From Polyangiaceae bacterium (GTDB taxonomy: Bacteria; Myxococcota_A; Polyangia; Polyangiales; Polyangiaceae), in NCBI GenBank assembly GCA_033763455.1, contig JANRKO010000043.1:133512-197511 (forward strand): 64,000 nt of DNA. Direction: 5' to 3'. Numbering within the stretch: position 1 is the first letter of the stretch; each line of letters opens with the position of its first letter. The position numbers and the translations under genes are program-made. Positions 39,231 to 49,831 of this stretch are shown here, in pieces. The notes under the pieces were generated by a model that was not told the origin of the DNA, searched no databases, and saw only the letters and a list, made by a program, of their open reading frames with translations.

Positions 39231-40411
39231 TCCTGCACGTGCCACGGTAGGCCCGAGGTGGTCAGCTTCTCAAGGAAGGGTACTGGATCGAGCTGTTCGA
39301 TATTGAACACGCCCGCGCCCTTCCACTTGCCGGTGACCATCATGGTGGCGCCGACAACCGCCGGCACTCCGGTGGTGTAGGAGATAGCTTGTGAACGAAC
39401 TTCACGGTAACATTCCGCGTGATCGCAGACGTTGTAGATGAATACTTTTCGTGGCTTGCCGTCTTTGATCCCTTCAATCAAACAACCGATGCAGGTCTTG
39501 CCAGTGTAAGTCTTAGCGAGCGATGCTGGGTCGGGCAGGAGGGCTTTCAAGAATTGAATCGGCACGATTTTCTGCCCGTTGAAATCGATCGGCTCAATGC
39601 TCGTGATGCCCACATTCTGGAGCACTTTAAGGTGCGTGAGGTAGCTTTCGCCGAACGTCATCCAGAAGCGAATGCGCTTGAGGCCTTTGATGTTGAGCAC
39701 CAAGGACTCAAGCTCTTCGTGATAGAGCAAGAATGCCTTCTTTTCGCCCACTTCTGGGAAATTGTAGACCCAGCTTTGGGATAACGGATCCGTTTCTTTC
39801 CACTCGCCGTTTTCCCAGTAGCGCCCGCGTTGCGTGATCTCGCGGATGTTAATCTCGGGATTAAAATTCGTGGCGAAGGGTTTGCCGTGGTCACCCGCGT
39901 TGCAATCCAAAATGTCCACGTAGTGAATTTCGTCGAAGAGCTCTTTTTGAGCATAGGCACAGAACACATTCGTGACCCCAGGATCAAAGCCGGAGCCGAG
40001 CAGGGCCATGCGCCCTGCCTTCTTAAAGCGCTCCTGATAGGCCCACTGCCACTTGTATTCAAACTTGGCGACATCCTTCGGCTCGTAGTTCGCCGTATCC
40101 AGGTAATCAACGCCAGCTTCAAGGCAGGCGTCCATGATCGTGAGATCTTGGTATGGAAGCGCGACGTTGAGAACTAGATCGGGCTTGAAGCTGCGGATGA
40201 GCGCTACCGTTTCGGCCACGTTGTCCGCATCCAGCTGAGCCGTCTGAATCGTGCGCCCTTGTAGCTCCTTGATCTGGGCGGCAATCTCCACGCAGCGCTC
40301 ATGCGTGCGGCTGGCCAGCAGCACTTCGCTGAAAACATCTTTGGCCATCGCGCACTTGTGCGCAACTACGCTGCCAACACCACCGGCACCAATTATCAGA
40401 ACCTTGCTCAT
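39224..40411 (-). CDS. Saccharopine dehydrogenase family / carboxy(nor)spermidine synthase
   Basis: GAGGVG, NVALPYQDLTIMDAC, DTANYE, GFDPGVT, FATNFNPEINIREI; overlaps nspC. Confidence 0.93.
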   Translation of the reverse strand: MSKVLIIGAGGVGSVVAHKCAMAKDVFSEVLLASRTHERCVEIAAQIKELQGRTIQTAQLDADNVAETVALIRSFKPDLVLNVALPYQDLTIMDACLEAGVDYLDTANYEPKDVAKFEYKWQWAYQERFKKAGRMALLGSGFDPGVTNVFCAYAQKELFDEIHYVDILDCNAGDHGKPFATNFNPEINIREITQRGRYWENGEWKETDPLSQSWVYNFPEVGEKKAFLLYHEELESLVLNIKGLKRIRFWMTFGESYLTHLKVLQNVGITSIEPIDFNGQKIVPIQFLKALLPDPASLAKTYTGKTCIGCLIEGIKDGKPRKVFIYNVCDHAECYREVRSQAISYTTGVPAVVGATMMVTGKWKGAGVFNIEQLDPVPFLEKLTTSGLPWHVQEC

Positions 40412-40746
40412 ACAGTTTCTTTCGCTGAACGCCGGTTCCCCAAAATCGGTGGATCGCCGGGCTGAGCCCTGTTAACGCACGTCTGGGGTGCGCGCAACCG
40501 AACCGTTGCCTGGTGGCCAAGCAGTGCTCGCTAGTGCACCCGGTTGTGGCATTACCGTGACACCTCGGGCCTCGCTGAGGCTGTCCGCGGCTGCCGCCGG
40601 TACGGTTTGGTTATGCAGTTGGGAGTTGTGGAGCACGGAAAAAGCAGTCTCGGTGGGCTCGGGGAGGTTTAGACAGTCGGCTTGGGTGGGCGCAACGTTG
40701 TTTATGCCCGTAGCGCGCGCGGCCAACATTGCCCAAGATGTGAGCC

Positions 40747-41598
40747 GTGCAGCCAACGCTTTTAGCCGCAGAGCTTCTCGAACGCTACGATGTGTTTCTC
40801 TTGGACGCTTATGGCGTACTGGTGAGCACCAACTCCGCGCTCCCGGGGGCGGCGGAGTTTCTCCAGGCGATCGCACTGGCGGGTAAGAAATTTCTGGTGG
40901 TTACGAACGATGCTTCACGTTCGGCGGCCACGATTGCGAAACGGCAGCAGGGCTTCGGCTTGGCAGTGGAAGCTTCTCAGATCGTCACTTCAGGTTCTCT
41001 TTTGAGCGGCTATTTTGAGCGCTATCAACTTCAAGGCGCACCCACCATCGTGTTGGGCACTGGCGAATCCTGTGATTACGTGAGGCAGGCGGGCGGCCGC
41101 GTGGTGGAAGCGACCACGGAAGAAGCCGAAGTTTTGGCTGTGTGTGATGATGCGGGTTACGATTTGAGGCTCGCTATCGATGACGTTATTACGGTTTTGT
41201 TTCGGCGCTTAGATCGTGGGCAGAGCATGCGTTTGGTATTGCCCAATCCCGACCTTATGTACTTGCGAGGGGAAAACGCCTACGGAATCACCAGCGGCTC
41301 GGTCGCGCTGGTGATCGAGGCCGCGCTCAAGTTGCGTTACCCACGACACACGTTGGCGTTCGAACGCTTGGGCAAGCCGCACCGGCCGATGTACGAGGCA
41401 GCGCTGAAGCTATCCGGCGAAACCGAGCTGCGGCGCGTGGTGATGGTGGGGGATCAGCTGCCGACCGATATTCGAGGCGCTGTAGACTTTGGGCTGGATT
41501 CAGTGCTCATTGGCACAGGGCTCACGAAGCTCGACGAGCTGGATAGCTCCGAGGTCCAACCAATGTATACCATGCGCGATTTGGCGCTCAGCCCTTAA
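40747..41598 (+). CDS. HAD-IIA family hydrolase
   Basis: [28 protein letters not shown]. Confidence 0.88.
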   Translation: MQPTLLAAELLERYDVFLLDAYGVLVSTNSALPGAAEFLQAIALAGKKFLVVTNDASRSAATIAKRQQGFGLAVEASQIVTSGSLLSGYFERYQLQGAPTIVLGTGESCDYVRQAGGRVVEATTEEAEVLAVCDDAGYDLRLAIDDVITVLFRRLDRGQSMRLVLPNPDLMYLRGENAYGITSGSVALVIEAALKLRYPRHTLAFERLGKPHRPMYEAALKLSGETELRRVVMVGDQLPTDIRGAVDFGLDSVLIGTGLTKLDELDSSEVQPMYTMRDLALSP

Positions 41599-43312
41599 CG
41601 AATCCGTCCTTCAACGTAATCGTACGGTTGAACACCGGTGCGCCCTCACGCGACTCGATATCAGCACAAAAATAACCCACGCGCTCAAACTGTACTGGCT
41701 TTCCAGGTTGGAGCCCAGCGAGGCTTCCTTCCAACTTACAGCCTTTGAGCACCACTTTGGAGTCGGGATTCAGGTGCTTCAAAAAGCTGTCTTCGCCCTC
41801 GCCCGCCATGGGATTTTCCGCGGAAAAGAGCCGCGAATAGAGCCGCACCTCGGCATCAATTGCGCTCTTGGCTGAGACCCAATGCAAGGTGCCTTTCACT
41901 TTGCGTCCGTCTTTCGGAGCGCCGCCACGAGAATCAGGATCCCAGGTGCAGCGGAGCTCCGTCACCTTGCCATCGGCATCTTTTACGGCCGCATGGCACT
42001 TGATGAGGCAGGCATAACGCAGCCGTACTTCCGCTCCGATGGACAAGCGGAACCACTTTTTGGGGGCTTCTTCCAGAAAATCATCGCGATCGATGTAGAC
42101 CTCGCGCCCAAACGTTAACTTGCGGCTTCCAAGCTCTGGATGATCCGGGTGATTGACGGCCTCAAATTCTTCGCTCTCACCTTCAGGATAATTCTCAATC
42201 ACCACCTTGATTGGATCAAGCACGGCCATCGCGCGTGGTGCTCGGGCATTGAGATCTTCACGTAGCTCAAACTCAAGCAGAGACACATCTACCACGCCGT
42301 CGCGCTTGGAAACCCCAATGCGCTCCATGAAATTTCGAATGGCTTCGGGCGTGTAACCGCCGCGCCGAAGGCCAGCGAGTGTGGGCATGCGTGGATCGTC
42401 CCAGCCATCCACGTGCCCATCACGCACCAGGCGCTGTAGGTGGCGCTTGCTCACGATGGTGTACGATAGATTCAGCCGACCAAACTCGATTTGGCGTGGG
42501 CGCGGCTCCAGGCCGAGCTCAGCTATGAACCAATCGTAAAGCGGGCGGTGGTCCTCAAATTCTAGGGTGCAAACCGAATGCGTGACTTTTTCGATGGCAT
42601 CCGAGAGCCCATGTTGAAAATCATACATGGGGTAAATGCACCAAGCATCTCCCGTGCGGTGGTGGTGCACGTGACGGATGCGATACATGAGCGGATCGCG
42701 CAGGTTAAGATTGGGCGATTGCATGTCGATCTTCGCGCGCAACACGTGCGCCCCATCTGGGAATTCTCCTGCTCGCATGCGGCGGAACAAATCCAGATTC
42801 TCCGCTATGGGTCGGTTACGGAAGGGGCTCTCGGTGCCAGCCGTGTAAAAATTGCCGCGCTGCTCGCGGATTTTCTCTAATGGTTGGCTATCTACGTAGG
42901 CTTTGCCCGCTTCAATGAGCTTTACGGCCCAAGCGAACAGTTGCTCAAAATAATCCGAAGCAAATAGCGTGGGAGCCGGCCACGAGAAACCAAGCCACCG
43001 CACATCTGCTTGAATGGAATCCACAAACTCTACATCTTCGGCAACCGGGTTCGTATCGTCGAAGCGTAAGTTGCACTTGCCGCCGTACTTCAGGGCAGTC
43101 CCAAAATTTAAGCAAATCGACTTTGCATGGCCGATGTGCAGGTAGCCGTTCGGCTCCGGCGGGAAACGCGTGCACACGGTGCCTCCGTGTTTGCCCTGCG
43201 CGTGCTCTTCCTCGATGATTTCGTGGATGAAATTCGAGGGGGCGGTTTCGGCGGGGCGCAGGGGCTCATTCATCGGGCCGGGAGGATGCTTCGGGGGTGG
43301 GGCCGATGGCAA
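41588..43312 (-). CDS. glnS: Glutamine--tRNA ligase (start may be 43273)
   Basis: [56 protein letters not shown]. Confidence 0.97.
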   Translation of the reverse strand: MPSAPPPKHPPGPMNEPLRPAETAPSNFIHEIIEEEHAQGKHGGTVCTRFPPEPNGYLHIGHAKSICLNFGTALKYGGKCNLRFDDTNPVAEDVEFVDSIQADVRWLGFSWPAPTLFASDYFEQLFAWAVKLIEAGKAYVDSQPLEKIREQRGNFYTAGTESPFRNRPIAENLDLFRRMRAGEFPDGAHVLRAKIDMQSPNLNLRDPLMYRIRHVHHHRTGDAWCIYPMYDFQHGLSDAIEKVTHSVCTLEFEDHRPLYDWFIAELGLEPRPRQIEFGRLNLSYTIVSKRHLQRLVRDGHVDGWDDPRMPTLAGLRRGGYTPEAIRNFMERIGVSKRDGVVDVSLLEFELREDLNARAPRAMAVLDPIKVVIENYPEGESEEFEAVNHPDHPELGSRKLTFGREVYIDRDDFLEEAPKKWFRLSIGAEVRLRYACLIKCHAAVKDADGKVTELRCTWDPDSRGGAPKDGRKVKGTLHWVSAKSAIDAEVRLYSRLFSAENPMAGEGEDSFLKHLNPDSKVVLKGCKLEGSLAGLQPGKPVQFERVGYFCADIESREGAPVFNRTITLKDGFVKG

Positions 43313-43363
43313 GCTTCTGGGTGTTCTTGCGGGGGTTGAGCCGCGAACCTCGGAGCTTCAGCT

Positions 43364-43732
43364 TCAGCGGCTGCGCCCAAGCTCAATCATCTGCTCTACG
43401 TACAGGCCGATATCGCGCCTGTGCCCCTCCGCGATATCGGTAAACTCGACACCAAATAGGCACATGGCAGTATTCACGTGGCGGACAACGGCTTTCGCCA
43501 GGAAGGCCTTCTTGCCGGGTAGCTTGATGATAACTTGCACGGCTGCCCGGATGTTACACCCCTCGAAGCCGTGGGGAACGTTCACGCCAACGCCGCCGAC
43601 GCTGATGTCGCGTGCCTCCAGTACATCCAGAAACGCCGCGCCCATGATTTGGATCTCCACGGGCCGCTTGGGGAGCGGTGCCACACGCACGTATCTGCGC
43701 GCCGCTTGGGCAGGCTGCGGTGAGGGGGGCAT
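43364..43732 (-). CDS. PilZ domain protein
   Basis: RRYVR (RxxxR) and DISVGG (DxSxxG), GVEF. Confidence 0.85.
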   Translation of the reverse strand: MPPSPQPAQAARRYVRVAPLPKRPVEIQIMGAAFLDVLEARDISVGGVGVNVPHGFEGCNIRAAVQVIIKLPGKKAFLAKAVVRHVNTAMCLFGVEFTDIAEGHRRDIGLYVEQMIELGRSR

Positions 43733-43918
43733 TAACCAACAAGTGTACCCACGCGTGACAACTTGGCACTCACTTTCCATGAATCAAACGTCACGAATCC
43801 CGCGAGTGTAGGCGCTGTGCGGGTAACGTCGCCATGGCGAGCTTAAGCACCCACATGGACATTTGCACGTATCGGCTGCCCTGTCTGCCCTTCCCAAGTA
43901 GTGCATCCCGCCCCGAGA

Positions 43919-43947
43919 GCAGCCGGGAGCGCCATCGCCCCGGCTGC
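43919..43947. terminator. GC-rich hairpin downstream of the beta-barrel gene
   Basis: GCAGCCGGG...CCCGGCTGC 9-bp arms; no U tract. Confidence 0.4.
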
Positions 43948-43957
43948 CCCCTCTAGG

Positions 43958-44776
43958 TCACCACATCACCGTGTAACCTGCGTTGACCCCAACGCTCGAA
44001 CTTACTGCCAGGATCGTTCCTTGCGGGGTCCGCACGGCGTCGGTGGTTTGGAACGTTCCTTGGATTGCAGGTGTGAAAACACCCGAGCGGCCAACCAAGA
44101 CATTCATGCCCAACCGCGGTGCCATTGCGAATCCTGTACCTGCATCCGGCCCTGGGTCCACACTTTGGGAAGAAATGCCAAAGCCAACGCCCAAGAAGCC
44201 GAACAAGGTCTTGCTGAGGGGAATGTGTAGGCTGGGCTCCGCCAAGAGCGAGATGTTGGTACCCGAGGTGTCCTCGGTTACCGCAGCCGTTGTGGCGGTA
44301 GCGGGTGTTCTGACGGTCGTCTGTTTGCTGTAATTCACGCCTAAAATAGCCGAAATCTCCACGTTATCCATGAAGAACCAACCAATCGTTGGATTGAAAC
44401 CAATGCTTAGATAGTCAGTGGCGTTGGTAAGGTTGGCAAAACCTCCGAGCTCCAGTACCCCGGCCCTGCCGTAAGCCTGAGTTCCGCCGACGCCCGCTTG
44501 TTCCGTAATCCCTTGCGCAGCAACAGCGGGAGCAGCCACTTGAGGTTGTGCGTCGTTATCGGATTGCGGAGGAGGCAGGGCCTGCGGTTCCGTTCCGACC
44601 CCAAGCTTGACGCCATTTGCTGGCTCCTCTTGACCCGGTTGATTGGTCCCCTGTGAGTTTCCCGTTCCATCCGGATTTAGGTTATCGCCGTCTGCGTTCT
44701 GTGCGAATGCAGATGCGGAGACTAGTACGGTGGACAAAGTGGTCATCGAAAGCAATATGCGAATAGTGGACATCAA
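43958..44776 (-). CDS. Outer-membrane beta-barrel protein
   Basis: Signal peptide (AFA), alternating beta-strands, C-terminal aromatic residue (GYTVMW). Confidence 0.75.
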   Translation of the reverse strand: MMSTIRILLSMTTLSTVLVSASAFAQNADGDNLNPDGTGNSQGTNQPGQEEPANGVKLGVGTEPQALPPPQSDNDAQPQVAAPAVAAQGITEQAGVGGTQAYGRAGVLELGGFANLTNATDYLSIGFNPTIGWFFMDNVEISAILGVNYSKQTTVRTPATATTAAVTEDTSGTNISLLAEPSLHIPLSKTLFGFLGVGFGISSQSVDPGPDAGTGFAMAPRLGMNVLVGRSGVFTPAIQGTFQTTDAVRTPQGTILAVSSSVGVNAGYTVMW

Positions 44777-44820
44777 GACTTCTCCTGGAGTGGGGGTAGA
44801 GCCACTCGTTCACCGGGAGT

Positions 44821-44837
44821 AGCAACATGCGTGCCCG
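44821..44837 (-). promoter_or_regulatory. Putative sigma54 promoter
   Basis: Minus strand CGGGCACGCATGTTGCT = GG-N10-GC with TTGC. Confidence 0.65.
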
Positions 44838-45076
44838 TGCACCGTTGAGGCATTCCAGCGCCTTTTTAGAACCAGAACCGCATGGGAATCGTAGGGCGAT
44901 CGGCGAGCACTAACCGATGCCTCCGTGCCGGTGAATACCCTTCCGCTACGGTGTGGCATTTTTGCATTTACCGTGTCGGAGGCATTGGGAGCACGCGTAT
45001 ACATGCTAACCACCACGACGCGAGTACCGATGAAGTCGTCTAGCTGCACGCTGCCAGCCCTTCGTTTGCGTTTCGC

Positions 45077-45283
45077 CTAGGCTTGAGCGATTGGCTGAAC
45101 GGGCGGAGGATCTTCGTATTGAGGGAGCGGTGAATCAGGCGTTTCCGGAGGATCGGGGAAGCGGACAGGATCGGGCCGCATTGGGTCGGGGCTGGGGATC
45201 GGGTCGGGGCCTCCCGGGCCTGGCACTGGGGATCCGGGAGGCTTAGGCTGCGTTGGAATGGTATTGATTTTGAAATGTTGCAT
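45077..45283 (-). CDS. Small Pro-rich protein
   Basis: MQHFKINTIPTQPKPPG...; preceded by a sigma54-like motif. Confidence 0.55.
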   Translation of the reverse strand: MQHFKINTIPTQPKPPGSPVPGPGGPDPIPSPDPMRPDPVRFPDPPETPDSPLPQYEDPPPVQPIAQA

Positions 45284-45294
45284 AGCGGAGAGCG

Positions 45295-45311
45295 TGCAAT
45301 CCGTACGCCAA
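45295..45311 (-). promoter_or_regulatory. Putative sigma54 promoter
   Basis: Minus strand TTGGCGTACGGATTGCA = GG-N10-GC with TTGC. Confidence 0.6.
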
Positions 45312-45404
45312 CAGTCGTGCCGCTCGCAGTCGCCTCGGTGGCAACTCTGCCTCACTGAGGCGATTCAACGCTGATTGGAGCAGCGAGGGTTCTCTCGTGA
45401 ACCT

Positions 45405-46727
45405 TCAAGGTGCGAGGAATTCAGGAGTGGTTACCGCCGCGATCACGAGCTCCTTCAGGCTCTTCCCTGTGCCTTGGAAGACAGAGCCCATCGTGCGCAG
45501 CGAGTCATCTGCGCTACCCGAGGTCACGACTTCCGCGCTGCGGGCGGTGCTGCGCAGTGCTTGCTGGAGCACCTGGCTTGTGGCGCAACGGAGCGTGCTG
45601 GTGTCTTGGCTCAGCGCGTGGCCGAGTTCAGGTGCGCCCAAAAATGCGACAGGCGTATCTGAGTTGGGAAGCGTGCCTGAGGCATCGATGAAGAAACCGT
45701 TGTCGTTGGCGCGGAAGCGCCCTGCCCCATCGAAGTATTCGAGGCCGTACCCCATGGGGTCAATGAGCAGGTGGCACCCGGCACAATTCGGAGCGCTGAC
45801 TTGAGCTTCGAGCTGCGCTCGGCCCGAAAAATTCGGATCAAGAGGCGGAGGCATAGCCGAGGGTGGCTCTGGTGGGATCTGCGTGCAGCGCAATTGGTTC
45901 GAGATCCACGTACCTCGTCTTGAAATGCTTACCTCCACGCCGCCAGTGTTCAGAAACACGCCTTGGGTGAGGACCCCGGCGTTTTCGGCTCGGAGCGGAG
46001 TGTGCACGAACCCCTGCGCTGACCCCGGAAATGTGATGCCGTAGTGCGCTGCTAGCGCTGCATCTAAAAACGTATAGGGCGCGGTCAACAGATCTTCGAA
46101 GCTGCTCGCAGGCGTGAAAAAGACGTAGTTGGCGAACCTATCTGTCTCTTCGACCATGGCCAGATAGGTTGCGCTATCGACGCTGTAGCGAGCATTGGCT
46201 GCTGGGGTGGGGCCATAACCAAGCCAGCTTCGAAAGAGCTCGCGCACGCCGGCTTCCGCTTCTGGCGCCCCGAGCATCCGTCGTGCCTGGCACGCAATGC
46301 CTGCTGTGGTGGAAAGCGCACCTGAGTTTGCGGCCGCGAGCAGCGATGCATCCGGTGCGCCTTGGTAGATGAACGAAGCCAAGCGTGTGGCCACCACTGC
46401 TGGTGGAAGCGCTACGGCATCGCCGCCAGTGCAACCCAAAATGTCCGCGGGCTGCTGCGGCACAGGGAACGGTGAAGAGCCACCGGTATCGGAAGTGGAG
46501 CCGCCGGTTGTGCCGGTGACACTCGCGCCGCCACTGTTACTCGTTACGACGACACTGGGGGCCCCGCCGCTACCGGTGAGCTGCCCGCCACTAGCGTTGC
46601 TCGCCATGTTGGACGTGCCTCCAGAGCCCTCCAAGGTTGTGCCTTCTTCGCCCACAAGCACGCTTTGGCCTGCGCAACCACCGAGCAAAGCAATACCTGT
46701 AATACCGATGAGCCATCGATGTGTCAT
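45405..46727 (-). CDS. DUF1592/DUF1588/DUF1585 lipoprotein with CxxCH
   Basis: LGGC lipobox, PDASLL, GVLTQG, SISRRG, CAGCH, DPMGYGLEYFD..GRFR, IDASG. Confidence 0.85.
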   Translation of the reverse strand: MTHRWLIGITGIALLGGCAGQSVLVGEEGTTLEGSGGTSNMASNASGGQLTGSGGAPSVVVTSNSGGASVTGTTGGSTSDTGGSSPFPVPQQPADILGCTGGDAVALPPAVVATRLASFIYQGAPDASLLAAANSGALSTTAGIACQARRMLGAPEAEAGVRELFRSWLGYGPTPAANARYSVDSATYLAMVEETDRFANYVFFTPASSFEDLLTAPYTFLDAALAAHYGITFPGSAQGFVHTPLRAENAGVLTQGVFLNTGGVEVSISRRGTWISNQLRCTQIPPEPPSAMPPPLDPNFSGRAQLEAQVSAPNCAGCHLLIDPMGYGLEYFDGAGRFRANDNGFFIDASGTLPNSDTPVAFLGAPELGHALSQDTSTLRCATSQVLQQALRSTARSAEVVTSGSADDSLRTMGSVFQGTGKSLKELVIAAVTTPEFLAP

Positions 46728-46783
46728 GGGATGATCCTTTTTAGCACTCCAGGGTGCCTGTGTTGAACGTTATTGAGTTTCGA

Positions 46784-47611
46784 TTATTGAATTCCAAGCT
46801 CTTCGGCGATCCCTCGCCAAAACAAGCTGTGGGGATATCTGTTGTGGAAGCTGAGGGCGGCCGCACGGCCCTCAGCCTGCGAACGAAGAGCGGCGTTGAA
46901 TACTCTCAGCGCTTCGCGCTCTTCGGCGTGCCGCCCGTTGGCGAACCTTGCTGAGTGTTCGGCTAACGCTTGATAGGCTGCGTGTGAATTCCGAGCTCGA
47001 ATGAAGCTGCGGGCGCGATCCAGAATGGCGCGCTCTTCTTGGAGCCCAGGAGTTGCGGCGGCTGCCGACGATGGGAGTTCAAAAGCTGCGACTGCGGGAA
47101 GACTCGGCGAAGCTATTGAAGTTTTGGCGGGTTTGGGTAGCTGCTGCTCAGCGGATGCATTTTCGGGGAGTGTAGGCTTTGCAGACAACGTGAGTGGCGC
47201 TGGCGAGACAGGCGAAACAGGTGCTGCTTCTTCCGGAGCCGGCGGTGCGGGCACAGCGAGTGCTGGGCTAGCGTTGCGATTAGCAAGCTTGCGATGTGCT
47301 GCAGCTACCTTGGAAGTAGCTTGATTTTCAGCCTGAACAGGCATGCTCACTTCGACATTCGGGGACCACACCGCGCGCACTGCGTGCACCGAGGCCCAAA
47401 GCACTCCCGACGTGCCCACAACGACCATCGCGAACGAGAGCGGCGCCAAACGAAAACGAAACACTGGCAACAGCTGCTTTTCCGGCTTCGTACTAAAAAG
47501 CGTGTGCTCCAAACGTTCGGCCACCTGACGCCGCACGGAAGCGGGTGCTTGGCGTTCTTCGAGGCTCCGAAGGCCAGCAATAAGAGCGAGGCTTTCTTTA
47601 GATTCCGTCAT
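46784..47611 (-). CDS. Putative anti-sigma factor (TM, Pro/Ala linker, C-terminal TPR-like helices)
   Basis: Overlaps the ECF gene; LQEERAILDRAR...HSARFANG..AEERE...YPHS. Confidence 0.7.
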   Translation of the reverse strand: MTESKESLALIAGLRSLEERQAPASVRRQVAERLEHTLFSTKPEKQLLPVFRFRLAPLSFAMVVVGTSGVLWASVHAVRAVWSPNVEVSMPVQAENQATSKVAAAHRKLANRNASPALAVPAPPAPEEAAPVSPVSPAPLTLSAKPTLPENASAEQQLPKPAKTSIASPSLPAVAAFELPSSAAAATPGLQEERAILDRARSFIRARNSHAAYQALAEHSARFANGRHAEEREALRVFNAALRSQAEGRAAALSFHNRYPHSLFWRGIAEELGIQ

Positions 47612-48176
47612 GGGTCCTCCAAAGCATGGGTACGGTCGCCTCCAAACGCCGAGCTGCCACCGTGAAGCGTTCGCGCGCTCGGGCCAGCCGAGAATAGGCG
47701 GTCTTTAATGGGATGTTCTCGGCAAGTGCGATTTCGGACATGGGCTGCTCTTCAAAATCATGGAGGACAAGAACTACTTGTTCGCGATCCGGAAGCGTAC
47801 GAAGGGCTCTGTCGATGAGAACCCGTGCGCGCCAACTGTCAAGCAAGGCTTCGGTGTCTTCTTTGCTTGTGGGTTCGAGAGTGGGTGTTTCGAGAGATTC
47901 TCTTCGGAACCAGCTTCTGCGGCGATAAGCGGAAGCCGTCTTGTGGGCTATGCCGTAGAGCCAGGGCTTAAGCGGGCGTGAGTGGTCGAAGCTTGCAAAG
48001 CGGCGCCAGGCAGTGGCGAATACATCGTGCGTGAGATCAGGAAGGTCGCGATCCGGCACTCCAAGGCGCCTCAAGCTGCGCCAAACAAAATCCACCTGCT
48101 GGCTGTAGAAAACTCCAAAATCGGACTGCGCCGCGCATTCGACGGACCCCATGCCCACGAGTGCTCGGCTGGTCAC
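47598..48176 (-). CDS. ECF sigma-70 factor
   Basis: FVWRSLRRLGV, DLTHDVF, WLYGIA, SEIA..IPLKTAYSRL.RAR. Confidence 0.9.
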   Translation of the reverse strand: MTSRALVGMGSVECAAQSDFGVFYSQQVDFVWRSLRRLGVPDRDLPDLTHDVFATAWRRFASFDHSRPLKPWLYGIAHKTASAYRRRSWFRRESLETPTLEPTSKEDTEALLDSWRARVLIDRALRTLPDREQVVLVLHDFEEQPMSEIALAENIPLKTAYSRLARARERFTVAARRLEATVPMLWRTHDGI

Positions 48177-48275
48177 ACAAGGAGATTGACCGAGCCCGGG
48201 CTACATTCCCAAACTTTCTCACGAGGCCTAGATTTTTCGCGGTTTATGCGCCTTTCAAGCTCGGCCGGAGAGGGG

Positions 48276-49325
48276 CTAGAGCCGAAATGTCGCGCCTGCC
48301 TGAAATAGGGTGAGCACCCGAGGCTGTTGCCAGAGCGTTGAGCGATCCGTCTTGAAGGTGAGAGGTGCGTAGCTCACGAGCCCAGCGACACCGAGCTTGA
48401 GCGCCCAGCGCTCTGAGACTTCCAGTCGACCACTGGCGCCGAGGCCCGTGGTGGCCATGAACTCGGTCTCCGAATAGTTCTGCGCAAAGCCGGAGCCTTG
48501 GGCCGCAACCACGCCCACATAACTCGGCAAGCAAGCGGCAAAAAAAGAAAACGGAACACACACCTCAGCGTGGCCAAGCCAAGCATTGGCCTGAACCCCT
48601 GTGTTGTTTGGGCGCACGAGCTTTGGGCTAAAAGCGCCGAGTGCGCCCGCGCCTATTTCCAGGCCGGAAGACGCGTAGCGCAACCCCAATGAAGCAGCAT
48701 AGGCAGTTCTTGGAAGCAACGAAGGCGAAACACCGGCGGCAGCTTCAAGCTGCCACGGAAAGACAGAAGCTTGCGGTGGTGGAGCGGGTGCAGGTGCCGG
48801 CCAAAATGTTGGAGCGAAAGCGGGCAGAGGCGCGGGCATGGGGCTCGCGGAGAGCCCGGAACCTACAGCTGGAGAGGGGCCGGGAGCGGGCGTGGCACTT
48901 GGTTGCGCTGGGGGCTCTGAAGCTTCCAGCAGCGGATCCAGCGCTACGCTGATGGCCAAGGCCATGCTTTGAATGAGCTCATTGCAGTCGAAAGAGCTCG
49001 TGCGAAGTTCGCGCACGCCCTCGGTGCGTTCTTCAGTTTGAAGGCTGACCTTGCCAACAAGGCCCCTGGCATTCATTTCCACGTTGGCCAACAAGATGGC
49101 AGCGGCGCTGGGATCAAACGCTTGATAGCCCAGGCGATTCGACACCGCCGCTTCGAGTACACTCTGTGCTGGGCAGTTGTTGGGAACTGTCGGCACCGCG
49201 TACAGGAGGCGTGCAGATACGTGCTGTCGCGGCGTGGGAGCTTCCGGCGTGTTCTCCGCACGGCAAGGCACGCTGACGAGCAATAGGAGAAGGAAAAGGA
49301 GAACCGAACGAAGCACAGCGGGCAT
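48276..49325 (-). CDS. Exported protein with a probable C-terminal beta-barrel, associated with the ECF cassette
   Basis: Signal peptide, CP...L..AV..RLGY, C.EL..SMALAISVALDP, Pro linker, beta-rich C-terminus. Confidence 0.7.
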   Translation of the reverse strand: MPAVLRSVLLFLLLLLVSVPCRAENTPEAPTPRQHVSARLLYAVPTVPNNCPAQSVLEAAVSNRLGYQAFDPSAAAILLANVEMNARGLVGKVSLQTEERTEGVRELRTSSFDCNELIQSMALAISVALDPLLEASEPPAQPSATPAPGPSPAVGSGLSASPMPAPLPAFAPTFWPAPAPAPPPQASVFPWQLEAAAGVSPSLLPRTAYAASLGLRYASSGLEIGAGALGAFSPKLVRPNNTGVQANAWLGHAEVCVPFSFFAACLPSYVGVVAAQGSGFAQNYSETEFMATTGLGASGRLEVSERWALKLGVAGLVSYAPLTFKTDRSTLWQQPRVLTLFQAGATFRL

Positions 49326-49330
49326 CTTAC

Positions 49331-49429
49331 AGCCGCGCGGCGGAGAATGCCTACGCCAGGGTGCCCGGGGATGGCTGGCTCCCAGGTCGCGCTTTTAGGG
49401 GGGGACCCTTCAGGGTTCAATTAGCCGCA
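49331..49429 (+). repeat. Direct repeat copy A (left of higBA)
   Basis: Aligns to 50160-50250; identical 24-bp core CGGCGGAGAATGCCTACGCCAGGG; ends in GGTTCAATTAGCCGCA. Confidence 0.9.
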
Positions 49430-49494
49430 ATCAACAGGAAGTGCTGGAGCGGCGAGGAGTGGCAGCGCGGCAGCGAAATTTGGACTTTTGAGTG

Positions 49495-49531
49495 CATTAC
49501 GCTTGACGTAATGTGTAACACACGCTAGCTT
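49495..49531 (+). promoter_or_regulatory. higBA sigma70 promoter with a palindromic operator
   Basis: TTGACG-17 bp-TAGCTT; CATTACG-N5-CGTAATG palindrome over the -35 element. Confidence 0.75.
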
Positions 49532-49540
49532 AGCGAACGT

Positions 49541-49819
49541 GTGATTCGGTCCTTTCTTGACAAGAAGGCGGCAGCGCTTTGGGAGGGAAAGTCCGTCCCC
49601 GCATTCAGCAGTTTTCGGGCTCAAGCTGAGCGCAAGCTAGCTATCCTTGAAGCGGCAACATCTCTGGACAATCTGGCGGGGCTACCAGGTAACCGGCTGG
49701 AGGCCCTTAAGGGAAATCGCAAGGGGCAGTACTCGATTCGAATCAACGACCAATGGCGCGTTTGCTTCTGCTTTCGAGATGGGGACGCCTACGACGTTGA
49801 AATTGTCGATTACCACTGA
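49541..49819 (+). CDS. higB: HigB (RelE-family) toxin
   Basis: MIRSF, PGNRLEALKG.RKGQYSIRINDQWRVCF, VEIVDYH. Confidence 0.93.
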   Translation: MIRSFLDKKAAALWEGKSVPAFSSFRAQAERKLAILEAATSLDNLAGLPGNRLEALKGNRKGQYSIRINDQWRVCFCFRDGDAYDVEIVDYH

Positions 49820-49831
49820 AGGAAACGTCTT

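Noticed and set aside
40472..40886. ORFs on both strands in the spacer between the dehydrogenase and HAD genes
   Set aside because: No motifs, and they overlap the HAD gene; likely spurious.
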